A DNA stretch of 61,940 nucleotides from Lachnospiraceae bacterium (GCA_029067805.1 JAIEDW010000368.1:1-61940); one strand, 5' to 3'; positions 9,746-19,376 are shown, counted from the first letter of the stretch. The notes: generated from the sequence alone by a model not told the origin. Translations and numbers: made by a program.

Positions 9746-11062
9746 TTATAACCTCCAATAGATATAGCCCGCGTTCTCATATTCCTTTCTGTCAAGCACG
9801 CCCTTCAAATCTGTGAGAACCTTCGGTTTTTCACTGTCCGCATAAAGCGCGTTCAGATCCGCCATTGTAAGCTGCTTGTATGACTCGTGCGCCACAGCAA
9901 GGATCACAGCGTCGCAGTCCTTAATCTCCTTCATCGGTGTAAAGGTAATGCCGTAAAGCCGCTTTGCTTCATCCGCGTCGGCGTTGTCGTCTGTCACCTT
10001 TGCCGTAATGCCGTATTCCTTCAACTCTTTATAGATATCGATAATCTTCGTATTTCTCGTATCGGGGCAGTTCTCCTTAAACGTGAAGCCCAAAATTGCT
10101 ACGTTTGCGCTCTTTACGGGAATGTCCGCCTTGATTAAATTTTTCACAAGGTTTTCGGCAACATATTTTCCCATATCGTCATTGATGCGTCTTCCAGACA
10201 AAATAATCTGAGAATGGTATCCAAGTTCCTCTGCCTTGTAGGTAAGGTAATACGGATCAACGCCGATACAGTGTCCGCCGACAAGTCCCGGCTGGAAATT
10301 TAAAAAATTCCACTTTGTCCCCGCTGCCGCGAGCACCGCCTTTGTATCGATCCCCATTTTATTGAAAATGATCGAAAGCTCATTCATAAACGCAATATTG
10401 ATATCGCGCTGGCTGTTTTCAATGACCTTTGCAGCCTCCGCAACCTTGATGGACTCCGCACGATATACGCCCGCCTCCACAACTAGCTCGTACACACGTG
10501 CGATTTCGTCCAGCGTTTCCTCATCCATACCCGATACGATCTTTGTGATGGTTTCCAGACGGTGTACTTTGTCGCCGGGATTGATACGCTCGGGAGAATA
10601 GCCAATTTTAAAATCAACGCCGCACTTTAACCCCGACTCTTTTTCGAGAATGGGCACACATACGTCCTCTGTAACACCCGGATAGACCGTGGACTCAAAC
10701 ACAATAATAGAGCCCTTTGTCAGATTTTGTCCCAGAATACGGCTTGCGCCCTCCACAGGCGTCAGATCCGGCGTGTGGTCGTCATTGACGGGCGTGGGCA
10801 CTGCAACGATATGGAATTTTGCTTCCTTTAACTTTGACGCGTCTGCGGTAAACTCCACCTTGGTATTTTTGATTACCTCGTCACCCACCTCGTTTGTGGG
10901 ATCAACACCCGATTTGTACAGATTAATCTTTGCCTCGTTTAAATCAAAGCCGACCACCTTGATTTTTCTTGCAAATGCCACGGCAATCGGCATTCCCACA
11001 TAACCGAGTCCCACAAGCGATAATTTTTCTTTTCCACTTACAATGTCTTCATATAAACTCAT
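9746..11062 (-). CDS. UDP-N-acetylhexosamine 6-dehydrogenase (TviB/WbpO family)
   Basis: GLGYVG, ESTVYPG, YSPERINPGD, GGHCIGVDPYY, FKENCPDTRN. Confidence 0.92.
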   Translation of the reverse strand: MSLYEDIVSGKEKLSLVGLGYVGMPIAVAFARKIKVVGFDLNEAKINLYKSGVDPTNEVGDEVIKNTKVEFTADASKLKEAKFHIVAVPTPVNDDHTPDLTPVEGASRILGQNLTKGSIIVFESTVYPGVTEDVCVPILEKESGLKCGVDFKIGYSPERINPGDKVHRLETITKIVSGMDEETLDEIARVYELVVEAGVYRAESIKVAEAAKVIENSQRDINIAFMNELSIIFNKMGIDTKAVLAAAGTKWNFLNFQPGLVGGHCIGVDPYYLTYKAEELGYHSQIILSGRRINDDMGKYVAENLVKNLIKADIPVKSANVAILGFTFKENCPDTRNTKIIDIYKELKEYGITAKVTDDNADADEAKRLYGITFTPMKEIKDCDAVILAVAHESYKQLTMADLNALYADSEKPKVLTDLKGVLDRKEYENAGYIYWRL

Positions 11063-11094
11063 TGTATTTTTTCTCCTTTTTGTTTTAATTCTAT

Positions 11095-12192
11095 TTATTT
11101 TAACTCTTTTAGTTCTTTTCGGTATGTTTCGATAATGATGTTACGGTCAAAATTTTTCTCCATCCACGCTCTGCCCGCAATGCCCATCTGCCGACGCTCC
11201 TCGGTGGAAAGTGCAAGGATTTTCTTCATTGCCTTTACCAGCGCATCGGTGCTCTTTGCTTCAAAGCGAAATCCGCTCTCGCCCTCAAGAAATGTTTCAA
11301 TACAGCCGCTCACATCGCTTGCAAGCACTGGTCTGCCACACGCCGCCGCCTCAAGCAGAACATTTGAGAGTCCTTCATGGTAAGAAGGATGTACAATGAC
11401 ATGACTCCTTGCCATCACGTCTTTTACGTTGTCAATATGTCCCAGATACTCAATAATCTTTTTTTTCACAAGCTCCTCAATCTGCGGTTCGTACAGGCTC
11501 CTCGTTTCCTCCTCGTACTCGCCCACAAGACAGAACTTCACGTTTTTATGCTGCTGTTTCATCCTCCGCGCCGCCGCAAGGAATTCCTCGATCCCTTTGT
11601 CTTTCATAATGCGGATCACGGCGAGAAAACAAATTCCTTTTTGTTCTGTAGGATACTCTTCAAATATGTGTTCCGACAGATTGACGCCGGACCCCGGCAA
11701 CAGCACATTATTTGTAAGCGCAATCCCGTTTCTCGTCATAAATTCGCGATTTCCCATATTTTGAAAAAATACTCGCCGCGCTTTTTTCAAGGATATTTTA
11801 TAAAAGCCAAGCAAAATTTTACTCAGCAGACCACCGCTTTCGATTGCCGTTCCAAGACCCGTGACATTGCACAGATATGGCACCTTTTTCATGCGGCAGG
11901 CAAGACCGCCGTACAGGTTCGGCTTGATGGTATATGTCAGCACCACGTCAGGCTTTTGTTTCTTGATCAGCTTTTTGTAGGACAGGAACAGTCCGAAATC
12001 CTTAAGCGGATTCATTCCTCTCCTGTCAAACGGTGTTTCTATGATGTGGCACAAATCTTTTAGCTTGTCCACATTTTCATCGGGTGGAAGCGACACGTAA
12101 ACCTCGTGCCCGTCCTCCGCAAATGACTGCAAAAGTTCTTTCCGAAACAGGTAAAGACCGTTTGCGTAATTCGTTAAAATCAGTATTTTCAT
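11095..12192 (-). CDS. GT4 glycosyltransferase (PglA/CapM-like), likely adds the second sugar
   Basis: LYLFRKEL, YTIKPNLYG, PGSGVNL, R..KDKG, PSYHEGLSNVLLEAAA. Confidence 0.9.
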   Translation of the reverse strand: MKILILTNYANGLYLFRKELLQSFAEDGHEVYVSLPPDENVDKLKDLCHIIETPFDRRGMNPLKDFGLFLSYKKLIKKQKPDVVLTYTIKPNLYGGLACRMKKVPYLCNVTGLGTAIESGGLLSKILLGFYKISLKKARRVFFQNMGNREFMTRNGIALTNNVLLPGSGVNLSEHIFEEYPTEQKGICFLAVIRIMKDKGIEEFLAAARRMKQQHKNVKFCLVGEYEEETRSLYEPQIEELVKKKIIEYLGHIDNVKDVMARSHVIVHPSYHEGLSNVLLEAAACGRPVLASDVSGCIETFLEGESGFRFEAKSTDALVKAMKKILALSTEERRQMGIAGRAWMEKNFDRNIIIETYRKELKELK

Positions 12193-13184
12193 AAGCTTAC
12201 CATGTTACTTTGAATTTCTTTCTGTTTTTTGATCACCACGCTGTCATACATCATCATGACAACGTCCTCATCATATGCGCCGATGCACGGTTCGTTTTCT
12301 CTCTTCTCTTTCACATTATGATAAATAAACAGCGGAAAGTCAACACCTGCGCCGTACGCATGAAGATAAGCGCCGCCAAAACGCGGGTTAATTTCGGAGA
12401 GATAATAGTTTCCGTCCTGATAGAATAAATCCATGTCTAAGGGACCGTTGAATTCAAATACTGTGAGCGCGTTTTGTACAAAGGTAAAAAGCTTTTCATC
12501 CTTAAAGGAAATCGTCTTGTTTGCGCCGCCAATCGTGGTTGATATCTTCTTTTTGGAAAAGATGGCGACGGGCTTATGGCTTACAGTGTCTACATAGATA
12601 TCGGCGTCCATATCCTCGCCTGTCATCAACTCCTGAATGATCAGCGTTTCGTCCTGTGCGGTCAGCTCTTCCAGCATCTCAAGGGTGTCCACCTTTCTTG
12701 CGCCAACACTTCCGCTTCCTGTGCGGGGTTTCACAAACACAGGAAGGGTAATTTCCTTATTGTCATATGCTTTCTTGAAATCCGCAAAACAGCCGAAGGT
12801 CTTGACTGTGTTGATGCCTTTTTCGGTTAAGTATTGATACATTTCATATTTATTAAAACACAGCTTTGCCGTCTTTTCATACGGGGCAAGCACCGTTACG
12901 CCAAGCGCCTCAAATTCCTCCCTATGCTCCGCAAGAATGGCTATCTCGGGGTCAATTAAGGTAGTAACGGCATGGATCTCCTCTTTCTTACATATGTCCA
13001 AAATCATCGGAATATATGCTTTATCGTGGATTAACGGAACTTGATAACTCACGTCCGCAAACTCCAACGCGGGTGCGTACGGGCTGTTGTCTGTCACGAT
13101 CAGACGCACCTTGTCGCCGAGCGTTTTTCGAAAATCCTTCAAAAGTTCGCAGCGGCGTCCTACGCTGCAAAATAAAATGTTCAT
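12189..13184 (-). CDS. ATP-grasp amide ligase (similar to the PglB2 C-terminal domain)
   Basis: MNILFCSVGRR, FVKPRTGSGS, LIIQE, EINPRFGG. Confidence 0.85.
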   Translation of the reverse strand: MNILFCSVGRRCELLKDFRKTLGDKVRLIVTDNSPYAPALEFADVSYQVPLIHDKAYIPMILDICKKEEIHAVTTLIDPEIAILAEHREEFEALGVTVLAPYEKTAKLCFNKYEMYQYLTEKGINTVKTFGCFADFKKAYDNKEITLPVFVKPRTGSGSVGARKVDTLEMLEELTAQDETLIIQELMTGEDMDADIYVDTVSHKPVAIFSKKKISTTIGGANKTISFKDEKLFTFVQNALTVFEFNGPLDMDLFYQDGNYYLSEINPRFGGAYLHAYGAGVDFPLFIYHNVKEKRENEPCIGAYDEDVVMMMYDSVVIKKQKEIQSNMVSL

Positions 13185-13834
13185 ACTTCACCCTCCGTTT
13201 TGGTTTCGTTTTTCGTTCCCGTAAATGCCTCCATTGTGGCATCGGTCGCGCTGTTAATGTCACTGTGGCGAAAAACCACAGCGACTGTCTGAAATAATAT
13301 TTTTAAATCCATTTTGAATGATAAATTTTTAACATACTCTACATCATACACGAAACGCTGTTCCCAGCTGATGGCGTTCCTACCGTTTACCTGAGCCCAG
13401 CCTGTTAATCCAGGGCGCACGTCATGCCGCTGCTTCTGGAAGTCGTTGTAAAGCGGAAGATATTTCACCAGAAGCGGTCTTGGACCAATCAGACTCATAT
13501 CACCTTTTAGGATATTCCAAAGTTCGGGCAGCTCGTCAAGACTTGTTGCACGAAGTGCCTTTCCGAATTTTGTCAGTCTTACCTCGTCCGGTAATAGTTC
13601 GCCGTCTTTGTCACGCTCGTCAGTCATGGAGCGGAATTTGCAGAGTCCAAATATTTTTTCGTGATAACCGGGGCGCTGCTGATGAAAAATTACGGGAGAG
13701 CCGAGTTTCATGCGCACTAATATTGCCACAATGAGAAAGACAGGACTTAACACGATTAAGGCTGTCAGCGATATGATAATGTCAAACATCCTTTTGATAT
13801 ATTTCTCATAAATGCCTTGTTTATGTTTTTCCAT
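13181..13834 (-). CDS. Short phosphoglycosyl transferase (PglC/EpsL type), initiating
   Basis: KRMFDI, KFRSM, SLDELPEL, GDMSLIGPRP, RPGLTGWAQVNGRN. Confidence 0.93.
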   Translation of the reverse strand: MEKHKQGIYEKYIKRMFDIIISLTALIVLSPVFLIVAILVRMKLGSPVIFHQQRPGYHEKIFGLCKFRSMTDERDKDGELLPDEVRLTKFGKALRATSLDELPELWNILKGDMSLIGPRPLLVKYLPLYNDFQKQRHDVRPGLTGWAQVNGRNAISWEQRFVYDVEYVKNLSFKMDLKILFQTVAVVFRHSDINSATDATMEAFTGTKNETKTEGEV

Positions 13835-13874
13835 TTTCTTTACCTCTACCTTATTGTTGCTCAGTCTTCATACC

Positions 13875-13912
13875 AAACGCCGATTTACGTTCTATTCCAT
13901 AAACTGGAACTT
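13875..13912. repeat. att-like flank, left copy
   Basis: 13875-13901 matches 14957-14983 at 20/27 positions as a direct repeat; 13901-13912 (aaactggaactt) is a 10/12 inverted match to 14957-14968. Confidence 0.4.
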
Positions 13913-14555
13913 ATCGAATACCTTCCCATTCCGCTAAAAACTCCGAAATATATGCTCTCATATAGGAATCCCTCTCTTTCGCTATTGCTTTTGCCGTATC
14001 TGTATTCATTCGTTCACTAAGTTGAAACAGCTTTTCATAAAAATGATTAATTGTTGTTGAAATATTGTTTTGATATTCTTCTTTTGTCATCTTTTCTTTA
14101 AAAGGAATATCGGGATTATAGATTGCTCTATTGTGATTGCCCCCGTATGTAAATGCTCTTGCAATTCCGATAGCGCCTATAGCATCCAATCGATCGGCAT
14201 CCTGTACGCACTTGCCTTCTATTGACTTAGGAACAACAGAATCAACTCCCATAAAAGATACGGCATCTATGATATCGCAAATTGTTTTTATTGTTTCTTT
14301 GGGCACATTATGTTTCCTTAGGAAGTCAACTGCCTTATCTTTATTTGCATATGTTTCGGGTGACAATTTACGATCGTCAACATCATGCAATAATGCAGCC
14401 AACTGAACAATCATCATATCGGCTCTCTCTTGTTTCGCTATTGTTGCAGCCATCTTATATACTCTAAAAGTATGAAAAAAATCATGTCCACTATAATCAT
14501 TTTCAAATACTTTTTTCACATATTCAATGGCTTCATCAATAATCTGCTCATTCAT
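13911..14555 (-). CDS. HD-domain metal-dependent phosphohydrolase (YedJ/YpgQ-like)
   Basis: GHDFFHTFRV, ALLHDVDD, VQDADRLDAIGAIGIARAF, HFYEKL. Confidence 0.9.
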   Translation of the reverse strand: MNEQIIDEAIEYVKKVFENDYSGHDFFHTFRVYKMAATIAKQERADMMIVQLAALLHDVDDRKLSPETYANKDKAVDFLRKHNVPKETIKTICDIIDAVSFMGVDSVVPKSIEGKCVQDADRLDAIGAIGIARAFTYGGNHNRAIYNPDIPFKEKMTKEEYQNNISTTINHFYEKLFQLSERMNTDTAKAIAKERDSYMRAYISEFLAEWEGIR

Positions 14556-14609
14556 GACAGACCTCCGCAGGTTTCATCTTATATATCTCCGATAAATTGA
14601 CAAAAATTG

Positions 14610-14942
14610 TTAGTTAGGATAAACTAATGTACAATTCTCAATATCCTCTGTATCATTTTCCGAAATATAAATTTCCGCTGACATGGACAAATCATTGTCT
14701 TTGAAGCTTTCCTCCTGAAATAGTTTTATGATCATAGGAAAACTTTCGCTTGCCGATTCTGTTTTTAACCAAATTCCCATTAGTGGACCGGGCTGCCCTT
14801 CTGCGACATCAATATAATCATATCCATTGTCTTGTATCGCGCCATTGAAAACTTCTTCAATGCGGTCCGGAATGCAATAGCGTAAATCCAAATCCGGATT
14901 TTTCAACTTTGCAGGGTTCAACACAATAATAATCGTCTGCAT
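14610..14942 (-). CDS. Hypothetical acidic protein (~110 aa)
   Basis: ATG 14942 behind GGAGG; MQTIIIVLNPAKLKNPDLDLRY...DNGYDY; no family recognised. Confidence 0.7.
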   Translation of the reverse strand: MQTIIIVLNPAKLKNPDLDLRYCIPDRIEEVFNGAIQDNGYDYIDVAEGQPGPLMGIWLKTESASESFPMIIKLFQEESFKDNDLSMSAEIYISENDTEDIENCTLVYPN

Positions 14943-14956
14943 ATTAACCTCCGTAA

Positions 14957-14983
14957 AAATTCCAATTTTCATTCTATTGCTTA
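14957..14983. repeat. att-like flank, right copy
   Basis: aaattccaattttcattctattgctta; see 13875..13912. Confidence 0.4.
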
Positions 14984-15051
14984 TGCTTAGAGTACACTTT
15001 GCCCCATTTTTCGTTTCCTTGAGAAATGCCACAAAAATCTCTATAGATTTA

Positions 15052-15576
15052 TTATATATTTGCGATGATTAGCAATCCAAGAAGACCAATTACAAGAACG
15101 GTTCCAATGACTGCCAAAATATTGAGAAGCTTTATTGTTCGTTCTCCTAACAGCCGTTGCAAAATATAATAAAGCACAATACCAATTGCACCGCCCAATG
15201 TATTGCCAATTAAGTCCGTTATATCACTGGCTCCAATTGCGAATATATATTGCAACACTTCATATAACAGACTAACAATAAAAATCGGAATAATTTTTCT
15301 TAAAAACCCCTTTTCGCGAAACAGCATTCCCATATATACGCCGGCGGGGATAAACACAACGATATTTAAGATAATCTCGGATAGTTCAACCTTCCCGTTT
15401 ACAATCAGAGAACCGGCATACGGAATGAGATTGATGCTCCGATAGTTCATGTTTTGAAACAAATGAATGTCCAATGACATTTTAAATACAATAATCCAAG
15501 TCAAAACAATGAGATATATCACAAACAAAATACTTGTTAATTTTTTTGAATGGCTGTCATGCTGCAATTTCATCAT
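15052..15576 (-). CDS. VanZ-family membrane protein
   Basis: INLIPY, NIVVFIPAG, EVLQYIFAIGASDITDLIGNTLGG; start probably 15576. Confidence 0.88.
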   Translation of the reverse strand: MMKLQHDSHSKKLTSILFVIYLIVLTWIIVFKMSLDIHLFQNMNYRSINLIPYAGSLIVNGKVELSEIILNIVVFIPAGVYMGMLFREKGFLRKIIPIFIVSLLYEVLQYIFAIGASDITDLIGNTLGGAIGIVLYYILQRLLGERTIKLLNILAVIGTVLVIGLLGLLIIANI

Positions 15577-15626
15577 TAAAAACAGTACCTCTCCAGTCTT
15601 CTTTTTGTGCTGACTTTCCCTGATTA

Positions 15627-16895
15627 TCAATCAAAGCACGCCTTCACCATCTCAATCACAATATCCTGTTCTTCTTTCGTCATTTTATTGTCGGAGGGTA
15701 GGCATAAGCCTCTATGAAAAATATCCATTCCGACATCAAGTGGTCTGCCGTCCGCACCAACAGAACCGCCGCTGATATAAGCGTTTGTCTTTGCCCTGCC
15801 GTCACCCTCTCTCGTAACAAAGCCGTTCATTCTGTAAATCGGCTGCATGTGCATCGGTTTCCAGATGGGGCGTCCCTCCGCATTGTATTTCGCAATGACA
15901 TCAAGAATTTCCGTCGGACAACTCTTTCCATGCTCCGGCTGATATAAAACTTCGCACTCTCCCCGCACCTGTTTACACATTGCGTCTGCATCAATTAACA
16001 CACAGGAAAGCCAGAAATTAGGCTCAGAGTTAGACGCGTCAAATGGGTTCATGGAAACAGGAAGGTCCTTAAAGCCTTCCTTATAACGCTCATAAATTGC
16101 CTTTTTCCCTGCAATATGTTCCTCAAGATAGGGTATCTGTCCGCGCGCAACACCCGCAATCACGTTGCTCATGCGGTAATTATATCCAAGCTCCTCATGC
16201 TGGTACCAGGGCGCATTCTCCCGCGCCTGTGTGGACCATTTTCTGACCTTGTTTGCCGCCTCCAAATCGTCCGCCAAAAACATTCCGCCCGCCGAACCTG
16301 TAATAATCTTATTCCCATTAAAAGAGATGCAGTTGTAGCGTCCGAATGTGCCTGTCTGCGTTCCTTTATAGGACGCGCCAAAGGATTCCGCCGCATCTTC
16401 CACGATCACTGCACCATGCCTGTCACAAATTTCCTTGATTTCATCCATCTTTGCCGGTGTTCCGTACAAATGCGCGATAACAACCGTCTTAACCTCCGGA
16501 TAAAGCGCAAACGCCTTCTCCAACGCAACGGGATCCATATTCCATGTGTCATACTCCGTATCGATAAAAACAGGAACGCCGCCCTCGTAAACGACAGGAT
16601 TGACCGTAGCGTCAAAAGTCATATCAGAACAAAATACTTTATCGCCACGCTTTACCCCCGCAAGTTTCATGGCAAGATGAAGCGCCGCAGTGCCGGAAGC
16701 AAGCGCAACGGCATATCCGCAGCCTGTCTTTTCACAGACAAGACGCTCCAGCTCGTTAAGATTTTTCCCCACAGTGGACATCCAGTTTGTATCATATGCT
16801 TCCTTTACATACGCAAGCTCGTCGCCATGCATCGTCGGGCTTGAAAGCCATACTTTCTTTTCAAATGCGCGAAATCTGTTTTCTGCCTGAAACAT
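15627..16895 (-). CDS. DegT/DnrJ/EryC1/StrS sugar aminotransferase (PglE/EpsN-like)
   Basis: WLSSPTM, SGTAALHLA, EDAAESFG, SFNGNKIIT, GYNYRMSN, GLCLPS. Confidence 0.92.
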   Translation of the reverse strand: MFQAENRFRAFEKKVWLSSPTMHGDELAYVKEAYDTNWMSTVGKNLNELERLVCEKTGCGYAVALASGTAALHLAMKLAGVKRGDKVFCSDMTFDATVNPVVYEGGVPVFIDTEYDTWNMDPVALEKAFALYPEVKTVVIAHLYGTPAKMDEIKEICDRHGAVIVEDAAESFGASYKGTQTGTFGRYNCISFNGNKIITGSAGGMFLADDLEAANKVRKWSTQARENAPWYQHEELGYNYRMSNVIAGVARGQIPYLEEHIAGKKAIYERYKEGFKDLPVSMNPFDASNSEPNFWLSCVLIDADAMCKQVRGECEVLYQPEHGKSCPTEILDVIAKYNAEGRPIWKPMHMQPIYRMNGFVTREGDGRAKTNAYISGGSVGADGRPLDVGMDIFHRGLCLPSDNKMTKEEQDIVIEMVKACFD

Positions 16896-16945
16896 CTAAT
16901 AACCTTGCTCCTTTCTCAACCTGCTTTTCTTTCTATCATCTTTAT

Positions 16946-16974
16946 AGTATATGGTAAAATTCGGTATTATACAA
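16946..16974 (-). promoter_or_regulatory. Putative sigma-A promoter
   Basis: TTGTAT-N17-TATACT, ~50 bp upstream of the aminotransferase start. Confidence 0.6.
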
Positions 16975-16998
16975 GAATTTCATGCGTTTGTCGTGTGT

Positions 16999-17481
16999 CT
17001 ACATGTTCTTCTTGATACGCTCAAGTTCCGCTTCAATCGTATCAATCCTGCGCTGTTCCTCTGTTTTTTCCGCATCCGCATTGCGGGCGGCATTTTTTCT
17101 GTCCGAAAGAAGCAGTCTTGCAACCAGTGCCGCTCCACCGAAAATAAGCACCAAGATCAACACCCACTCATATAGCGAAATGCGCACCATGGAAATATTG
17201 GTCGTCATGATAATTGCCACAATAATGATCACAACGGACGCGATTGTAAACAATTTTGATAAAAAACTTCCCCCTGAGCCAAACATCCACAAAATCCCGA
17301 TAATAAACGGCACCATAATCAACCCGTTGCCTAAGTAAATGCCGCCAAGCATAAAACCGTATCCGAAAAATCCGGAAGAAACCATCACCTTTTGTGATAA
17401 AATAAACAATCCTGCCACAAGCATCAGCAGGCCCGCCAGCAACTGTAACAATTCATTTTTTGCTTTCTTCATATGCGTCAA
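16999..17481 (-). CDS. Hypothetical 4-TM membrane protein with charged C-terminal tail
   Basis: Four hydrophobic stretches, Gly-rich loop SGFFGYG. Confidence 0.7.
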   Translation of the reverse strand: MTHMKKAKNELLQLLAGLLMLVAGLFILSQKVMVSSGFFGYGFMLGGIYLGNGLIMVPFIIGILWMFGSGGSFLSKLFTIASVVIIIVAIIMTTNISMVRISLYEWVLILVLIFGGAALVARLLLSDRKNAARNADAEKTEEQRRIDTIEAELERIKKNM

Positions 17482-17516
17482 TCCTTTCCTCTTATCAAAA
17501 TCTTTGGAACTTCTTT

Positions 17517-19376
17517 TTACACTTCTTTTGGAATATACGTCGGCACAATCTCCTGTATCAGCGGACGCACATCCTCACATTCGTCCTCAACCGCATGCTT
17601 TAAATTATTGAGCTGCACATAAAAATTCATTTCATCAAATTCAATCGGCTTTCCGATGTGAATGAGCTTGTTTTCCGTGTCCTTCATGCCCTCCTCATTC
17701 ATCAAAAGCTCTTCATACAGCTTTTCTCCGGGGCGCAGACCCGTAAACTCGATTTTAATGTCCTCGTCAACCTTGTAACCCGAAAGCTTGATTAAATTTT
17801 TTGCAAGGTCAAGGATTTTCACTGGTTCTCCCATATCGAGCACAAAGATCTCGCCGCCCTTTGCATAGACCCCTGCCTGCAAAACGAGCGATACCGCCTC
17901 GGGAATCGTCATGAAATAACGGATAATGTCCGGATGCGTCACTGTTACGGGGCCGCCTGCGGCAATCTGCTGTTTAAAGAGCGGAATCACGCTTCCGTTG
18001 CTCCCAAGCACGTTTCCGAACCGTACTGCCACAAACTCCGTATCGTAGTGGCGGTTGTAAGTCTGCACGATCATCTCGCAGATGCGTTTGCTCGCCCCCA
18101 TAATATTCGTCGGGTTTACCGCCTTGTCCGTGGAAATCAGCACAAACTTCTTTACGCCGTGCAATGCCGCCGCCTGCGCCGTTTTCCATGTGCCAAACAC
18201 ATTGTTCTTAACCGCTTCATTCGGACTTACCTCCATCAAGGGCACATGCTTGTGCGCCGCCGCGTGATAAATCACATCAGGATGATATGTTTTCATAATC
18301 GTATTCATGCGGTTTGTATTTCTGACAGACGCAATCAGCACCACCAGATCAAGCTTGGGGTACTTGCGCTTTAACTCCTGCTGAATCTCGTAGGCGTTAT
18401 TTTCATAAATATCGACAATGATAAGCCTTGACGGTCTGTGTCCCGCAATCTGTCTGCAAAGCTCGCTTCCGATCGAGCCGCCGCCGCCCGTCACCATGAT
18501 TGTCTTATTTTTCACATAGTTTAAAATCGATTCCAGATCGACCTTAATCGGATCGCGTCCAAGCAGATCCTCCACATCAACATCGCGCAGCTTGCTGACA
18601 TTGACCTCGCCGTTTACCAACTGATAAATGCCCGGAAGCGTCCGCAGTTTACAGCTCGTTTCCTTGCAGATTTCCACAAGCTCCTTCATTGTCGCGCGGT
18701 TCGCCGAGGGGATTGCGATGATAATCTCGTCAATGCCGTACAGCGCGGCATACTCCACAATCTTATCCCTTCCGCCGACAATCTTTACCCCGAGAATAAA
18801 GCGTCCCCACTTACTCTCATTATCATCGATAATGCACTTGATGGTCATAGTGCTGAAATCGCTGTTGGTGATTTCCTTGATAACGGCATGTCCTGCCTCT
18901 CCCGCACCGATGATCATGACCCTTGTGCCGTTTTTCTTATTTTGATGTTTATGCTTTGCCCCGCGGATAATACGGTAGGAAAAGCGCACGATTGTCGTTG
19001 CCGCCGTGAGCACAAGCACATACATAAAGTAGTAGCTTCGCGGAATCGGATAGCCCAAAAGCTTCATTCCGAGGAAATTCAGCACAGCGCACAGACAACA
19101 TGCCGCGACGATATTCTGTGCCTCTGTGGTGCCCGCAAATGCCCAAAGACTGTGATACAGCTTAAAGATATAAAACACCAGCAGCGTGATCACCACGTTA
19201 ATCAGCATAAAATCCCATGCAGAACTAAGATATATCTCGGGAATATCCGTATATTTCAACTCGAAACGAATCCACAGCGGCATGATGCTTGCAATACACA
19301 CGATCATGATGTCAATAATCACAAGTACAATACGCCTGTGTAAGAGCTGCATATTCATACGATCCAACAGTTTCAT
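17517..19376 (-). CDS. Membrane-anchored UDP-GlcNAc 4,6-dehydratase (PglF/CapD/WbpM family)
   Basis: N-terminal TMs; IGAGEAG, EDLLGR, TGGGGSIGSELCRQ, HAAAHKHVPLME, STDKAVNPTNIMGASKR, VRFGNVLGSNGSV, GLRPGEKLYEEL. Confidence 0.95.
   Translation of the reverse strand: MKLLDRMNMQLLHRRIVLVIIDIMIVCIASIMPLWIRFELKYTDIPEIYLSSAWDFMLINVVITLLVFYIFKLYHSLWAFAGTTEAQNIVAACCLCAVLNFLGMKLLGYPIPRSYYFMYVLVLTAATTIVRFSYRIIRGAKHKHQNKKNGTRVMIIGAGEAGHAVIKEITNSDFSTMTIKCIIDDNESKWGRFILGVKIVGGRDKIVEYAALYGIDEIIIAIPSANRATMKELVEICKETSCKLRTLPGIYQLVNGEVNVSKLRDVDVEDLLGRDPIKVDLESILNYVKNKTIMVTGGGGSIGSELCRQIAGHRPSRLIIVDIYENNAYEIQQELKRKYPKLDLVVLIASVRNTNRMNTIMKTYHPDVIYHAAAHKHVPLMEVSPNEAVKNNVFGTWKTAQAAALHGVKKFVLISTDKAVNPTNIMGASKRICEMIVQTYNRHYDTEFVAVRFGNVLGSNGSVIPLFKQQIAAGGPVTVTHPDIIRYFMTIPEAVSLVLQAGVYAKGGEIFVLDMGEPVKILDLAKNLIKLSGYKVDEDIKIEFTGLRPGEKLYEELLMNEEGMKDTENKLIHIGKPIEFDEMNFYVQLNNLKHAVEDECEDVRPLIQEIVPTYIPKEV

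Noticed and set aside
12189-13184. Carbamoyl-phosphate synthase large subunit
   Set aside because: It is a single 331-aa ATP-grasp domain with no carA partner, in a glycan context.
15052-15576. Vancomycin-resistance cluster
   Set aside because: Only a lone VanZ-family gene is present; there is no vanHAX or vanRS.
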